A stretch of DNA of 52,384 bases from the IMG/VR virus record IMGVR_UViG_3300043410_000251, positions 1 through 52,384 of that record; one strand, 5' to 3'. The position numbers and the translations under genes were made by a program. A model generated the notes under the pieces. It saw nothing but the letters and a program-made list of their open reading frames with translations, had not been told where the DNA came from and did not search any database. Of the stretch, positions 1 to 8,812 are shown piece after piece. Numbering within the stretch: position 1 is the first letter of the stretch; every line of letters starts with the position of its first letter. This stretch comes from a virus (Duplodnaviria > Caudoviricetes).

Positions 1-40
1 CTCTGGAAGAAAAAGTATGATAGTAAGAAGGAGCTGAACC

Positions 41-211
41 ATGCATGACATCAAAGAACAAATCCAAATTATTTGGGGTGCGTTACACGCGTACAGGGAA
101 GACCTGATTCCCGAGGGTGACCCGATGTACGATGAACTGTGGAATGATATTTGCACCGCGATGGCAGTTATTCAAGAAGATCTTAATGTGTCCGAGGAGG
201 TTGACCAATGA
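41..211 (+). CDS. small hypothetical protein (56 aa, MHDIKEQIQIIWG...)
   Basis: Read manually; AAGGAG RBS upstream; stop overlaps next start (ATGA). Confidence 0.65.
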   Translation: MHDIKEQIQIIWGALHAYREDLIPEGDPMYDELWNDICTAMAVIQEDLNVSEEVDQ

Positions 212-297
212 TGACACGATGGGAAAAGTTTGAACGTGTGCTGCTTTTACTAGCCATAATGATACTTATTGCCGATTTATTTTATTGGAGACCATGA
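208..297 (+). CDS. 29-aa single-transmembrane peptide (MMTRWEKFERVLLLLAIMILIADLFYWRP)
   Basis: Read manually; GAGGAGG upstream; ATGA coupling at both ends; hydrophobic core. Confidence 0.55.
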   Translation: MMTRWEKFERVLLLLAIMILIADLFYWRP

Positions 298-602
298 TGC
301 CACAACCCGATCCACTTGCCGAAGGACTACAAAAATGGATTATGGATGATGATCCATTCGTTGATGAAGTCGTTGATTTTGTGATGTTCAATATGTACTT
401 ACTTGGCGGGTGGATGAAAGCCACTTCCGAGGAGTATGAGGATGGAAATGAAGTAATGAAAGCTTTAGTTAAAGATTCCATCGAGGCTTTCTATCAAGGT
501 GCTGAAAATTATGCAAAACATTGTGACAATTTAGACGAAACCCCATTGTCAAGTCTTTCAAAACTGGTTAATAATCGCATCCCCAAGGAGAAAAAACGAT
601 GA
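294..602 (+). CDS. hypothetical protein
   Basis: ORF 285..602; ATG at 294 coupled to the previous stop, GGAG upstream. Confidence 0.65.
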   Translation: MMPQPDPLAEGLQKWIMDDDPFVDEVVDFVMFNMYLLGGWMKATSEEYEDGNEVMKALVKDSIEAFYQGAENYAKHCDNLDETPLSSLSKLVNNRIPKEKKR

Positions 603-757
603 AGAACTACCAGATGAAACTTAACTTCGGTGAGGATGAGTATTGCCACGAGTTGTATGAGCGGTGGCTTGAAGTTTCTGATGAAGAAGACAACCCACGC
701 AACTGGGAAGAATTTAAGATGATCTACAGTCAGTTGATGAATAAAAATGACACCTGA
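599..757 (+). CDS. small acidic hypothetical protein (52 aa, MKNYQMKLNF...)
   Basis: Read manually; AAGGAG RBS; ATGA overlap with the previous gene. Confidence 0.6.
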   Translation: MKNYQMKLNFGEDEYCHELYERWLEVSDEEDNPRNWEEFKMIYSQLMNKNDT

Positions 758-1043
758 AGGTAAAGTTAAAAAGCAAGTAACTGCGATACTCAAACAGTAT
801 GGTGCTTACTACTTCAGCCCTGTAACAGGTGGGTTCGGAGCATCAGGTGTGCCGGACATAATTGCCTGTTACAAGGGCAGATTTATAGCGATTGAATGCA
901 AGGCGGGAAACAACAAACCAACTGCATTGCAGCTCAAAAACATAGACGATATTGATAGGCAAGGAGGGATCACCGCGGTAATCAATGAAGATAATATTTG
1001 GACAGTAGAGAGATTTTTAAAATATTTAGGAGAAAAGAAATGA
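747..1043 (+). CDS. VRR-NUC domain nuclease / Holliday junction resolvase-like
   Basis: TPEGKVK...GVPDIIAC..GRFIAIECKA..KPTALQ PD-(D/E)xK VRR-NUC pattern. Confidence 0.85.
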   Translation: MTPEGKVKKQVTAILKQYGAYYFSPVTGGFGASGVPDIIACYKGRFIAIECKAGNNKPTALQLKNIDDIDRQGGITAVINEDNIWTVERFLKYLGEKK

Positions 1044-1495
1044 ACTGGAAAGCAACAACCCCAACAGAAACTACGAAGGAAGAAACCATGAAAGAATTTA
1101 AAGAGTACGGCATCGGTGGCGAAGAGATTTCGCAAGAAGCACTTGATATTGCAGAAAAGCATTTATCCCCTGTATTTACATCAGGCTTGAACGGCACAAC
1201 GGCAGAAGACATTGTCGGTACATATGCAGACAAAGTTAAGCCCAAGCGCAAGAGCATCGTTATCCCAAAAGTCAAAGTTGATGTGGTCAACCAACCACCA
1301 CACTACACCACAGGCGGTATCGAGACCATCGACTTCATCGAGGCAAAGCTCTCGCATGAGGAATACATCGGCTACCTCAAGGGTAACGTGCTGAAATACG
1401 CAAGCCGACTGGGACACAAGGGCGATGCCGTGACAGATGCAGGTAAACTGAACTGGTACACCACACGTCTGGCTCGTGCCTTGGGAGGTGAGTGA
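1040..1495 (+). CDS. DUF3310 (SaV-like / T7 gp1.7-like) domain protein
   Basis: DVVNQPPHYTTGGIETIDFIE...GYLKGNVLKY..R.GHKG motif; AGGAG RBS before ATG at 1040. Confidence 0.8.
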   Translation: MNWKATTPTETTKEETMKEFKEYGIGGEEISQEALDIAEKHLSPVFTSGLNGTTAEDIVGTYADKVKPKRKSIVIPKVKVDVVNQPPHYTTGGIETIDFIEAKLSHEEYIGYLKGNVLKYASRLGHKGDAVTDAGKLNWYTTRLARALGGE

Positions 1496-1947
1496 TGATC
1501 GTCGTACAGAAAGAATCCACTCCGAAGCAGATCTTTGACTTCTTCGTGCGCTTCCCAAGTTCTACAGTCTACGAGGTGCAAAACAATCTGGACATTGACC
1601 GCCAGAAGTGCGCAACGACTGTGAACTCCCTGTACAAGCGGGGCTTGCTCGAGCGCAAGAAGGTGGTGAACCGCAACACGGACATACCGCGTAAGCACGT
1701 GTTCAAGTACTGGGCGACAACGGATGAGTTCAAGCGTGTGAAGAAGATCACACCGAAGAGTCTGAAGGCTTTCAGCAAAGCGATGAAAGAGTTTGAGACA
1801 CCCAAGCCTGTAGAAGCACCCAAGCCACCACCACAGGTTCGCACCGCGCCACCTGAGACCAACACGATCCACCACAACGTGACTGTGACAATCTCTGCGC
1901 ATCCGGCTCTCTTGAAGTTGGCTGAGAGACTGGCGGGCATTCTATGA
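1492..1947 (+). CDS. putative winged-helix DNA-binding protein
   Basis: N-terminal wHTH-like pattern (STVYEVQNNLDI...TVNSLYKRGLLER); GTGA coupling. Confidence 0.5.
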   Translation: MMIVVQKESTPKQIFDFFVRFPSSTVYEVQNNLDIDRQKCATTVNSLYKRGLLERKKVVNRNTDIPRKHVFKYWATTDEFKRVKKITPKSLKAFSKAMKEFETPKPVEAPKPPPQVRTAPPETNTIHHNVTVTISAHPALLKLAERLAGIL

Positions 1948-2159
1948 ATGAACACGAAGACAATCTTCGTGACCTCGCTGCGATGTTTGCGATGATGGGC
2001 TTGCTCACCACGTGGAAGAAACTCCCTGATGATCTCAGGGAGATCCCAGAACACGCCTATCAACTCGCTAACGCATTCATGGAAGTCAGGGCTGATGAAG
2101 CCCTTGATCGTGAAGCCGAAGGTATTGCGTCAATCAAACCAAAGCGAGCCCCCAAATGA
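1944..2159 (+). CDS. hypothetical phage protein
   Basis: LRDLAAMFAMMGLL...AYQLANAFM pattern typical of small phage proteins; coupled start and stop. Confidence 0.65.
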   Translation: MNEHEDNLRDLAAMFAMMGLLTTWKKLPDDLREIPEHAYQLANAFMEVRADEALDREAEGIASIKPKRAPK

Positions 2160-2221
2160 CCATCTATGTACTTGAATTCTTTTTCTTGATATGGGTGTTG
2201 TGGGTAAATCTAAAAGACTAG
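2156..2221 (+). CDS. 21-aa hydrophobic micropeptide (MTIYVLEFFFLIWVLWVNLKD)
   Basis: Read manually; ATGA-coupled to the upstream gene; fills the gap to the next RBS. Confidence 0.35.
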   Translation: MTIYVLEFFFLIWVLWVNLKD

Positions 2222-2230
2222 GAGACAGAG

Positions 2231-2410
2231 ATGATGATAGTAGAGAAGAAGGTTGTGCCATACGACACCGGCAAAGTCAAAATTGGTTTGCTTTACACAC
2301 CACCGAGGGACTACCCCATGAGCTTGGATGCTGAGAGACTGCAAAACGCGCTCTTGAACCCCCAGGTAAATATCTCATGGCTCGAGAAGCTTTTGAAGGG
2401 TCTGAAATGA
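2231..2410 (+). CDS. hypothetical protein (59 aa, MMIVEKKVVPYDTGKVKIG...)
   Basis: Read manually; AGGAG RBS; stop overlaps next ATG. Confidence 0.6.
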   Translation: MMIVEKKVVPYDTGKVKIGLLYTPPRDYPMSLDAERLQNALLNPQVNISWLEKLLKGLK

Positions 2411-2697
2411 TCGAAGGACTCAGCCATGTGGGAACGGATCACGTCTGCAACATCTGCTCGTGTGACTACACCGATGACGAAGGCGGGGTGGAGGGCTACC
2501 TAGGCATCTTGCCTGTGGCGTTCTGCCCTACTTGCTTTGCCAGCGTTTGCGACATGGTAGAGCAGCTCAACGGACGAGACTGGGAAGGTCTGACGGATGA
2601 GGATATTGCCCTGATTGACTGGGAATCTTTGGTAACTAGAAAAGATTGCGTCCAAGCCATTGAAGTCACATTAAAGGAGAAAAACGGATATGAGTAA
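2407..2697 (+). CDS. putative zinc-finger protein with WxGLTDE module
   Basis: CNIC...CPTC pairs; C-terminal WEGLTDED...LKEKN. Confidence 0.6.
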   Translation: MIEGLSHVGTDHVCNICSCDYTDDEGGVEGYLGILPVAFCPTCFASVCDMVEQLNGRDWEGLTDEDIALIDWESLVTRKDCVQAIEVTLKEKNGYE

Positions 2698-2890
2698 AGG
2701 TTCAGTTCCACGCCCATTCGCGGTGTCGAATGAAGAGTACGCCAACAGATGGGATGCCATCTTTGGCACTGACGCTAAACCAACCAAGAAAGAGCCGATG
2801 ACTTGGCCTTTCCCAACCGAACTTCTGCCCACAACACCTTTGGATAAGTTGCCGTTCAACCCTGAGAACGAGGACGATGCACCGCTATGA
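2690..2890 (+). CDS. hypothetical protein
   Basis: AAGGAG RBS; MSKGS.PRP...WDAIFG pattern. Confidence 0.65.
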   Translation: MSKGSVPRPFAVSNEEYANRWDAIFGTDAKPTKKEPMTWPFPTELLPTTPLDKLPFNPENEDDAPL

Positions 2891-3111
2891 CCAAAGATGA
2901 AATCATTGAGATGGTTCAATTTTGTTTTCCATCACATAGAGAAATGTGGTGTGTTGATGGGCATTTGCCAAGACTTGAACGCTTTGCCAAGCTAGTAGCA
3001 CAGCATGAGCGTGAGGCGTGTTGGAATGATATTTCCATTGCATTGCTTGGATCAGATAGGGAATTGACAAAACGTGTTTTTAAAGCCATCCGAGCAAGGG
3101 GACAAGCATGA
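2887..3111 (+). CDS. hypothetical protein
   Basis: MTKDEII...LERFAKLVAQHEREAC...AIRARG; coupled start and stop. Confidence 0.65.
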   Translation: MTKDEIIEMVQFCFPSHREMWCVDGHLPRLERFAKLVAQHEREACWNDISIALLGSDRELTKRVFKAIRARGQA

Positions 3112-3656
3112 GCAACATGGAAGCATTCAATAAGATCATGTCTGAAATTGGCAATCAACTGACCGAAGAAGCCATCACCGCCATCAAAGCCGCACTAGAA
3201 GCGAAGGATGAGAAAGCCAATGATGAATTGCGAAGACTGCATGACCTACTAGGTAAAGCAAATGCGCTGGCGCGTATTCGTGCTAATAAAATTGACGAAT
3301 TAGAACAACGACTAACTAAGACCGAGGCGCAACTTGGGGAAGCAGTATGGAACTATGGCGAACTTAAAAGGGAGCAATTAGCGAACCAACAAAAAACTTC
3401 TGGTTCGCCAATAAATACATCAACCGCACTAGAAGCGAAGGATGAGCCTGTGGCGTGTAAAGAATGCCACCTGAAAGACACTGTGTACGACTTGTTGGGT
3501 GACCTGAAAGTTGCAAATTTGAAGCTATCAGTTCGTTCACAGCGCACATGGGTAGGGCTGACGGATGAGGAGAAGCACAGTGCCGCTTGGTCGAACGGAG
3601 AATTTGGCGATGGGGTGTTATGGGCAGAAAAGTTACTCAAGGAGCGCAACAAATGA
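3108..3656 (+). CDS. modular hypothetical protein (coiled coil + WVGLTDEE module)
   Basis: ALEAKDE occurs twice; C-terminal WVGLTDEE...LKERN. Confidence 0.65.
   Translation: MSNMEAFNKIMSEIGNQLTEEAITAIKAALEAKDEKANDELRRLHDLLGKANALARIRANKIDELEQRLTKTEAQLGEAVWNYGELKREQLANQQKTSGSPINTSTALEAKDEPVACKECHLKDTVYDLLGDLKVANLKLSVRSQRTWVGLTDEEKHSAAWSNGEFGDGVLWAEKLLKERNK
3190..3446 (+). repeat. 23-bp exact direct repeat CCGCACTAGAAGCGAAGGATGAG (3190-3212 and 3424-3446)
   Basis: Seen directly in the sequence. Confidence 0.9.
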
Positions 3657-3672
3657 GCAAAAAGGAGAAGAA

Positions 3673-3873
3673 ATGAACTACCCCTACGGAGAAGATGACG
3701 ATGACATTCAAGAGTACATCAGCTACCGCAAAGCGTTTCCTAAGCGTGAGTACGTTCCGTTTGTTGACCGCAATGAAGTCCTAGAAGAAGTGGCTAAAGA
3801 GTTTGATAAGATGAAAGTCTTTGGCGATACGGCTGCAAGCTTTGCCATCTTTGTAAGGAACATGAAGAAATGA
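3673..3873 (+). CDS. hypothetical protein
   Basis: AAGGAG RBS, ATG at 3673; RNEVLEEVAKEF...FGDTAASFAIFVR. Confidence 0.65.
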   Translation: MNYPYGEDDDDIQEYISYRKAFPKREYVPFVDRNEVLEEVAKEFDKMKVFGDTAASFAIFVRNMKK

Positions 3874-4616
3874 CAATCGATCTCTCCAGTATGTTGGCGC
3901 GCCATGTTGTGTTTACCGAAGGTAAGCTCGAGGCATTCAAAGAGTGCGCTACGTACGTACAAGCCATGGGCGAGGAGGCTTTCACTGCTCAGCCTAGGAT
4001 GTCTGTTGCCATGCGGATGCAACTGCCTGACATGACTTTGTTTTCAAACTTTATGACCCCTGCGGAATGTGATGAGTTGATTGCACAGGCACAGTCTAGG
4101 CTTGAGAGATCTAAAACGTTTGACCCCAAGACAGGTAACCCTGTTGAACATCCAGTACGCACAAGCTTTGGAATGTTTTTCAAACGCAATGAGACACCAC
4201 TTGTTGAATACATCGAGCGAAAGATTAGCGCAATCACAGGTGTGCCTGTTGATCATGGTGAAGGTATACAAGTTCTGCGCTATGAAGTTGGTCAGGAATA
4301 CAAGCCACATCACGACTACTTTGACCCGAGCCGTCCTGGCTACGACAAGGTGGATGGTGGTGCCGGCCAACGCGTTGCAACGTTCCTCATGTACCTCAAC
4401 ACACCTGAGAAGGGTGGTGGCACATCATTCCCTGAATCTAAGATGCTTGTAGAAGCCTGCAAGGGCAACGGCCTGTTGTTCAGATATCCAACCACAGATA
4501 AAGAATCTAAATCCCTGCATGGTGGCGCGCCTGTACAAGCAGGGGTCAAGTGGGTGGCCACCAAATGGTTACGCGAGAAGCCTTACATCCGCCCCGACTA
4601 CCCGAAATCCAAATGA
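3870..4616 (+). CDS. prolyl 4-hydroxylase-like 2OG-Fe(II) oxygenase
   Basis: EGIQVLRYEVGQEYKPHHDYF (HxD), RVATFLMYLN..EKGGGTSFP, SLHGGAPVQAGVKWVATKW. Confidence 0.9.
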   Translation: MTIDLSSMLARHVVFTEGKLEAFKECATYVQAMGEEAFTAQPRMSVAMRMQLPDMTLFSNFMTPAECDELIAQAQSRLERSKTFDPKTGNPVEHPVRTSFGMFFKRNETPLVEYIERKISAITGVPVDHGEGIQVLRYEVGQEYKPHHDYFDPSRPGYDKVDGGAGQRVATFLMYLNTPEKGGGTSFPESKMLVEACKGNGLLFRYPTTDKESKSLHGGAPVQAGVKWVATKWLREKPYIRPDYPKSK

Positions 4617-4933
4617 AAATATTAGACCTCGTTAAATACGACCCTGAAAAAGGATGCTTTGTTTTGAAAGATAAGAAACCCGAACGTGCGCTTAACCCAT
4701 GGGAAGAGTTAGCACAGGTAGACCGCCCGAGTATCTTTTTGAAAGACCCATACTTCCGTGCCAAGACAGCGACAGGAACAATCAAAACCGAAGAAGGACT
4801 GGGCTACAAACAATTCGGGACATTCACCCGAGCAAAAGAGAGACAACCCAACAAACACGAAGGAGTACTAGAACATGCCAAGACCAAAACCACCAGAGCC
4901 CCTCAAGCCAAGGTTCATAAGGATGTCAGATAA
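4613..4933 (+). CDS. hypothetical protein
   Basis: ATG at 4613 coupled to the upstream stop. Confidence 0.55.
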   Translation: MKILDLVKYDPEKGCFVLKDKKPERALNPWEELAQVDRPSIFLKDPYFRAKTATGTIKTEEGLGYKQFGTFTRAKERQPNKHEGVLEHAKTKTTRAPQAKVHKDVR

Positions 4934-5081
4934 GCATTGGATTATCTTGCAGCATCTTGGTGGTGCTGAATGGTTACGAGGGACACTAGATAAAAAAGAT
5001 CCGTTCCCTAAAAAATATTACGAAAAACTAAAGTTAACCAACGAAGGAAACCATGAGCAGAATAATTACGTTCGACGCTGA
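4875..5081 (+). CDS. putative ribbon-helix-helix DNA-binding protein
   Basis: MPRPK...RFIRMSDKHW..LQHLGGAEWLR; AAGGAG upstream. Confidence 0.5.
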   Translation: MPRPKPPEPLKPRFIRMSDKHWIILQHLGGAEWLRGTLDKKDPFPKKYYEKLKLTNEGNHEQNNYVRR

Positions 5082-6876
5082 GACCTACTACGATAGAGAA
5101 TTCAGCCTGTCAAAGATAACAACTGAGGAGTACGTGCGTGATGACCGGTTTGAGATGATCGGTTTCTCATACAAGATCGATGACGAGCCCGCTCGTTGGA
5201 TCACAGGCGATGACGATTACATTCGCGCATCGTTGGAAGTCCTGCCTTGGAAGGAATCATTTGCACTGGCACACAACGCCATGTTTGATGCATCGATCCT
5301 GTCTTGGCGGTATGGCATCAAGCCGATGGCTTGGCTCGATACACTCTCGATGGCTCGGGCTGTGCGTGGTGCAGATGCCGGCAACAGTCTGGCCAAACTG
5401 GTTCAGCACTATGGCCTCGGTGCTAAAGGTGTGGAGGTGGACAACGCGATGGGTCTGCGCAAGAAGGACTTCAGCTCAGCTTCGCTTGAACGCTATGGCG
5501 AGTATTGCAAGAACGATACCGAGTTGTGTTGGTCTCTGTTTCATATCCTTGCACCCCACTTCAAGCAACCCGAACTCAAGCTGATTGACCTGACCATCCA
5601 GATGTTCTCCGATCCTGTGTTGGTGCTAGACACACCCCTGCTCGAGGCTCACCTCGAAGACGTGAAGGCGCGCAAAGAAAAGCTCATGCAAGCCATCGAG
5701 GCAAACAAAGACGAGCTGATGTCTAACCCACAGTTTGCAGAACTCTTGCGCAAGTGCGGTGTTGAGCCACCCACAAAGATCAGCATGACCACCGGCAAAG
5801 AGACCTTGGCTCTGGCCAAGAGCGATGAAGGCTTCAAGGCTTTGCTAGAACACCCTGACGAGCGCGTGCAGGCTCTGGTTGCAGCCAGGCTCGGTAACAA
5901 GTCAACGCTTGAAGAGACCCGCACCGAGCGGTTCATCAGCATCTCTAAGCGTGGTCCGATGCCTGTGCCCTTGCAGTACTACGCGGCTCACACTGGGCGG
6001 TGGGGCGGTACAGACAAGATCAACTTACAGAACCTGCCAAGCCGTGGTGCTAATGGTGGCAAGCTTAAGAAGGCGATCCGTGCCCCCAAGGGCTACGTGA
6101 TCATTGACTCAGACTCTGCGCAGATTGAGGCGCGTGTGCTTGCATGGTTCGCAGGACAGCTCGACTTGGTTGAAGCGTTCGAAAGGAAAGAAGATGTATA
6201 CAAAATCATGGCTTCTGCTATATACGGCAAGGGAGCAGAGGAAGTTACCAAAGAAGAAAGATTCGTGGGAAAAACCACGATTCTGGGATGTGGGTATGGC
6301 ATGGGGGCTCCTAAATTTGCAGCGCAACTCAAGACGTTCGGGACGGTGGTTGAAGATTCAGAAGCATCCCACATTGTCTCTACCTATCGCGCAACGTATC
6401 CTCTGATCCCTGAGTTGTGGAGGCAAGGTAACTCGGTACTGGAGGCCATCATGAACAACCAGTCTGTGCCGTTTGGTAATGGCTGTGTGGCCGTGAATGG
6501 TACAGAAGGTATCTTGATGCCCAACGGACTGCATCAGCCCTACCCAAACCTGCGCAAGGTGACCAACGAGGAAGGCCGTGAGCAGTTTGTCTATGACGCA
6601 CGACGTGGCGTGAACAAGATTTATGGTGGCAAGTTGGTGGAGAACATTTGCCAAGGCTTAGCCCGTTGTATTATTGGTGAGCAGATGATCCGTATTGCCA
6701 AGCGATACAAGACCGTGCTGACTGTGCATGATGCCGTGGCATGTATTGCCAGACAGGAAGAAGTAGACGAAGCCCTAGCCTACGTAGAAGAGTGCATGCG
6801 TTGGGTGCCAGAGTGGGCGACAGGATTGCCTCTGAACTGCGAAGCAGGGTATGGAGAAAGCTATGGAGACTGTTAA
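5053..6876 (+). CDS. DNA polymerase family A with 3'-5' exonuclease
   Basis: ExoI DAETY, ExoII HNAMFD, ExoIII YCKND; polymerase motifs [31 protein letters not shown]. Confidence 0.95.
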   Translation: MSRIITFDAETYYDREFSLSKITTEEYVRDDRFEMIGFSYKIDDEPARWITGDDDYIRASLEVLPWKESFALAHNAMFDASILSWRYGIKPMAWLDTLSMARAVRGADAGNSLAKLVQHYGLGAKGVEVDNAMGLRKKDFSSASLERYGEYCKNDTELCWSLFHILAPHFKQPELKLIDLTIQMFSDPVLVLDTPLLEAHLEDVKARKEKLMQAIEANKDELMSNPQFAELLRKCGVEPPTKISMTTGKETLALAKSDEGFKALLEHPDERVQALVAARLGNKSTLEETRTERFISISKRGPMPVPLQYYAAHTGRWGGTDKINLQNLPSRGANGGKLKKAIRAPKGYVIIDSDSAQIEARVLAWFAGQLDLVEAFERKEDVYKIMASAIYGKGAEEVTKEERFVGKTTILGCGYGMGAPKFAAQLKTFGTVVEDSEASHIVSTYRATYPLIPELWRQGNSVLEAIMNNQSVPFGNGCVAVNGTEGILMPNGLHQPYPNLRKVTNEEGREQFVYDARRGVNKIYGGKLVENICQGLARCIIGEQMIRIAKRYKTVLTVHDAVACIARQEEVDEALAYVEECMRWVPEWATGLPLNCEAGYGESYGDC

Positions 6877-7735
6877 TGAATATCGTGTCAAGGTATCAGT
6901 TCGCAACAACCTGTTGCTGACTGCCCTCGAGGATGCCGGCTACACCAGTGTGGCTTCGTTTTGCAGAGCAGCTGGTGTTAGTCAAACCGCGATGGGGCGG
7001 TTGATTGCCATGAAAGAGCCACCACTTTTAAACACTGGCGAGTTCAGTGCGTTAGCTAAGAAAGTTATGGAGGAGCTGTGCGCACTGCCAACTGAGTTAT
7101 GGACACCACAGCAACTGACCATGAAGCTTAGCACCAACGTGGCCGAGCGCGATCTTGATATGAACGGAATGCGCGCAGCTCTAGGTGTGACTGCTGAGGA
7201 TGCGTTCCAGATGCTTGAGGTTGACGATAGTCTCTTTGATGAAGAGCGTAAGGCTAAAGTTATGGATGTGGTTGATACACTTACACCACGTGAACGGAAG
7301 GTCTTAATTTTGCGGTATGGTTTGGACGGATGTAAGGAACATACTCTTGATGAGATTGGACCTATGTTTAAGGTGGGAAAAGAAAGAATCAGGCAGATTG
7401 AAGCCAAAGCCCTGCGTAAACTAAAGCATCCATCCCGACTAGATACATTCAGAGATTTGCTAACTCCAAAGTCTTCGGCAGAAAAAGCTTGGGAAGCCAA
7501 GCAAAGTATTTTGCGAGAAGAAGCAGAAGAAAAAGAACGTGAGTTAAGATGGCAGGAAGCTAAGAAACGGCAACAGGAAGCCCAAGCAAAAGCAGATAAA
7601 GAATTTCGTGAACGTATGGCTCTGCGGGGTACAGATACAACATGGATGGAACACCTCAAACGCACGAAGCCAGAGCTACATGCACGGCTTCTTGAGATCA
7701 GCAAAAGAAACGCATACTTGGTATTAGACAGATGA
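6851..7735 (+). CDS. HTH + sigma70 region 4 domain protein
   Basis: [50 protein letters not shown] closely follows RpoD region 4; N-terminal XRE-like HTH; no region 2 visible. Confidence 0.85.
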   Translation: MEKAMETVNEYRVKVSVRNNLLLTALEDAGYTSVASFCRAAGVSQTAMGRLIAMKEPPLLNTGEFSALAKKVMEELCALPTELWTPQQLTMKLSTNVAERDLDMNGMRAALGVTAEDAFQMLEVDDSLFDEERKAKVMDVVDTLTPRERKVLILRYGLDGCKEHTLDEIGPMFKVGKERIRQIEAKALRKLKHPSRLDTFRDLLTPKSSAEKAWEAKQSILREEAEEKERELRWQEAKKRQQEAQAKADKEFRERMALRGTDTTWMEHLKRTKPELHARLLEISKRNAYLVLDR

Positions 7736-8409
7736 ACATTACTTGGTCTTACAGTAGCCTGAGCCTCTTTGATCAGTGCCCTAAAAAGTACTTCCATCTC
7801 AAGGTGGAGAAGAGCATTGTCGAGCCCGAGTCGGATGCCATGAACTACGGCAAAGACTTGCACTTGGCGGCTGAGTTATTTATCCGTGACGGCAAGCCAC
7901 TCCCAGGTAAGTACGCCTACATTCAGCCCATGCTTGACACCTTGAACAAGCTCGAAGGCGAGAAGCTTTGCGAGTATGAGATGGGTGTGAAGTATGAAAA
8001 CGGTGACCTGATACCTTGCGACTTCCATGACCCTAACCGCTATTGGCGAGGCATCGCTGACCTGCTTGTGATCAATAGGGAAAAGCGGGAGGCTCGTCTG
8101 GTGGACTACAAGACCGGCAAGAGCGCGCAGTACGCAGACACCAAGCAGTTAAAGCTTTTGGCTGCAGCTACATTCTTGCACTTTCCTGACATTGAGAAGG
8201 TCAAGGCAGGGCTCTTGTTTGTGGTGGCCAAGGACTTCATCAAGGAGGACTACGATGTGGAAAATACTTACGATCTGTTCGCTCCGTTCCATCCGATTGT
8301 GGATCAGTTGGTGGCGTGCCACGAGAACAACGTGTGGAATCCCAAGCGCAACTTTACTTGCAAGAACTGGTGTCCCGTCCTAGAATGTTCCCATAACGGC
8401 AAGAGGTAA
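7732..8409 (+). CDS. PD-(D/E)xK exonuclease, Cas4/RecB-like
   Basis: SYSSL..F.QCP, G..LH, RGIADLL, LVDYKTG, QL..; C-terminal [10 protein letters not shown]. Confidence 0.88.
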   Translation: MNITWSYSSLSLFDQCPKKYFHLKVEKSIVEPESDAMNYGKDLHLAAELFIRDGKPLPGKYAYIQPMLDTLNKLEGEKLCEYEMGVKYENGDLIPCDFHDPNRYWRGIADLLVINREKREARLVDYKTGKSAQYADTKQLKLLAAATFLHFPDIEKVKAGLLFVVAKDFIKEDYDVENTYDLFAPFHPIVDQLVACHENNVWNPKRNFTCKNWCPVLECSHNGKR

Positions 8410-8411
8410 CC

Positions 8412-8690
8412 ATGCCCCGCAATTACAAACGTGAATACGAAACGTACCAAGGTACGGAAGAGCAAAAGAAGAACCGTGCTCAGCGTAACAAAGCTCGTCG
8501 TGAGCTGACACGCGAAGGTAAAGTACATAAGGGTGACGGCATGGATGCCGCTCACGTGAAGGCTATTGATAAAGGCGGCTCTATCAAGAACGGTATCCGC
8601 GTGGAATCAGCAGCGAAGAACAGATCGTTTGCTCGCGACTCGAAACGCAACCTAGTGTCAGAGACAAGCAAGCGAGAGCGCAAGAAGTAA
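8412..8690 (+). CDS. small HNH-endonuclease-like protein
   Basis: RAQRNKARR...HKGDGMDAAHVK...GG...N....S...NRS. Confidence 0.55.
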   Translation: MPRNYKREYETYQGTEEQKKNRAQRNKARRELTREGKVHKGDGMDAAHVKAIDKGGSIKNGIRVESAAKNRSFARDSKRNLVSETSKRERKK

Positions 8691-8700
8691 TTCTGCAGGA

Positions 8701-8803
8701 ATCGTCTAGGACACGCAGACGTTAAAGCGAAGTGGGATCGGGTGGAAACCCCGAACGATAATAAAAATGCTTTGAAAGACCGCTTTCAGAGCGATTACGC
8801 ATC
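8701..8803 (+). ncRNA. candidate structured RNA / 5' leader of the helicase gene
   Basis: Stems CGTCT/AGACG (8703-07/8717-21), TCGGG/CCCGA (8738-42/8750-54) and a 10-bp hairpin 8769-78/8783-92. Confidence 0.35.
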
Positions 8804-8812
8804 GGAGAAAAC

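Noticed and set aside
6982-7863. 293-aa minus-strand ORF, and similar antisense ORFs throughout the window
   Set aside because: They overlap well-supported genes on the opposite strand and have no recognisable motifs
7732-8409. Cas4-like nuclease as part of a CRISPR-Cas system
   Set aside because: No other cas genes or array; stand-alone Cas4/RecB-like nucleases are normal in phage replication modules
8712-8730. GCAGACGTTAAA resembles part of a hatchet or pistol ribozyme core
   Set aside because: The other required conserved elements could not be found in the right order; kept only as an unassigned structured RNA
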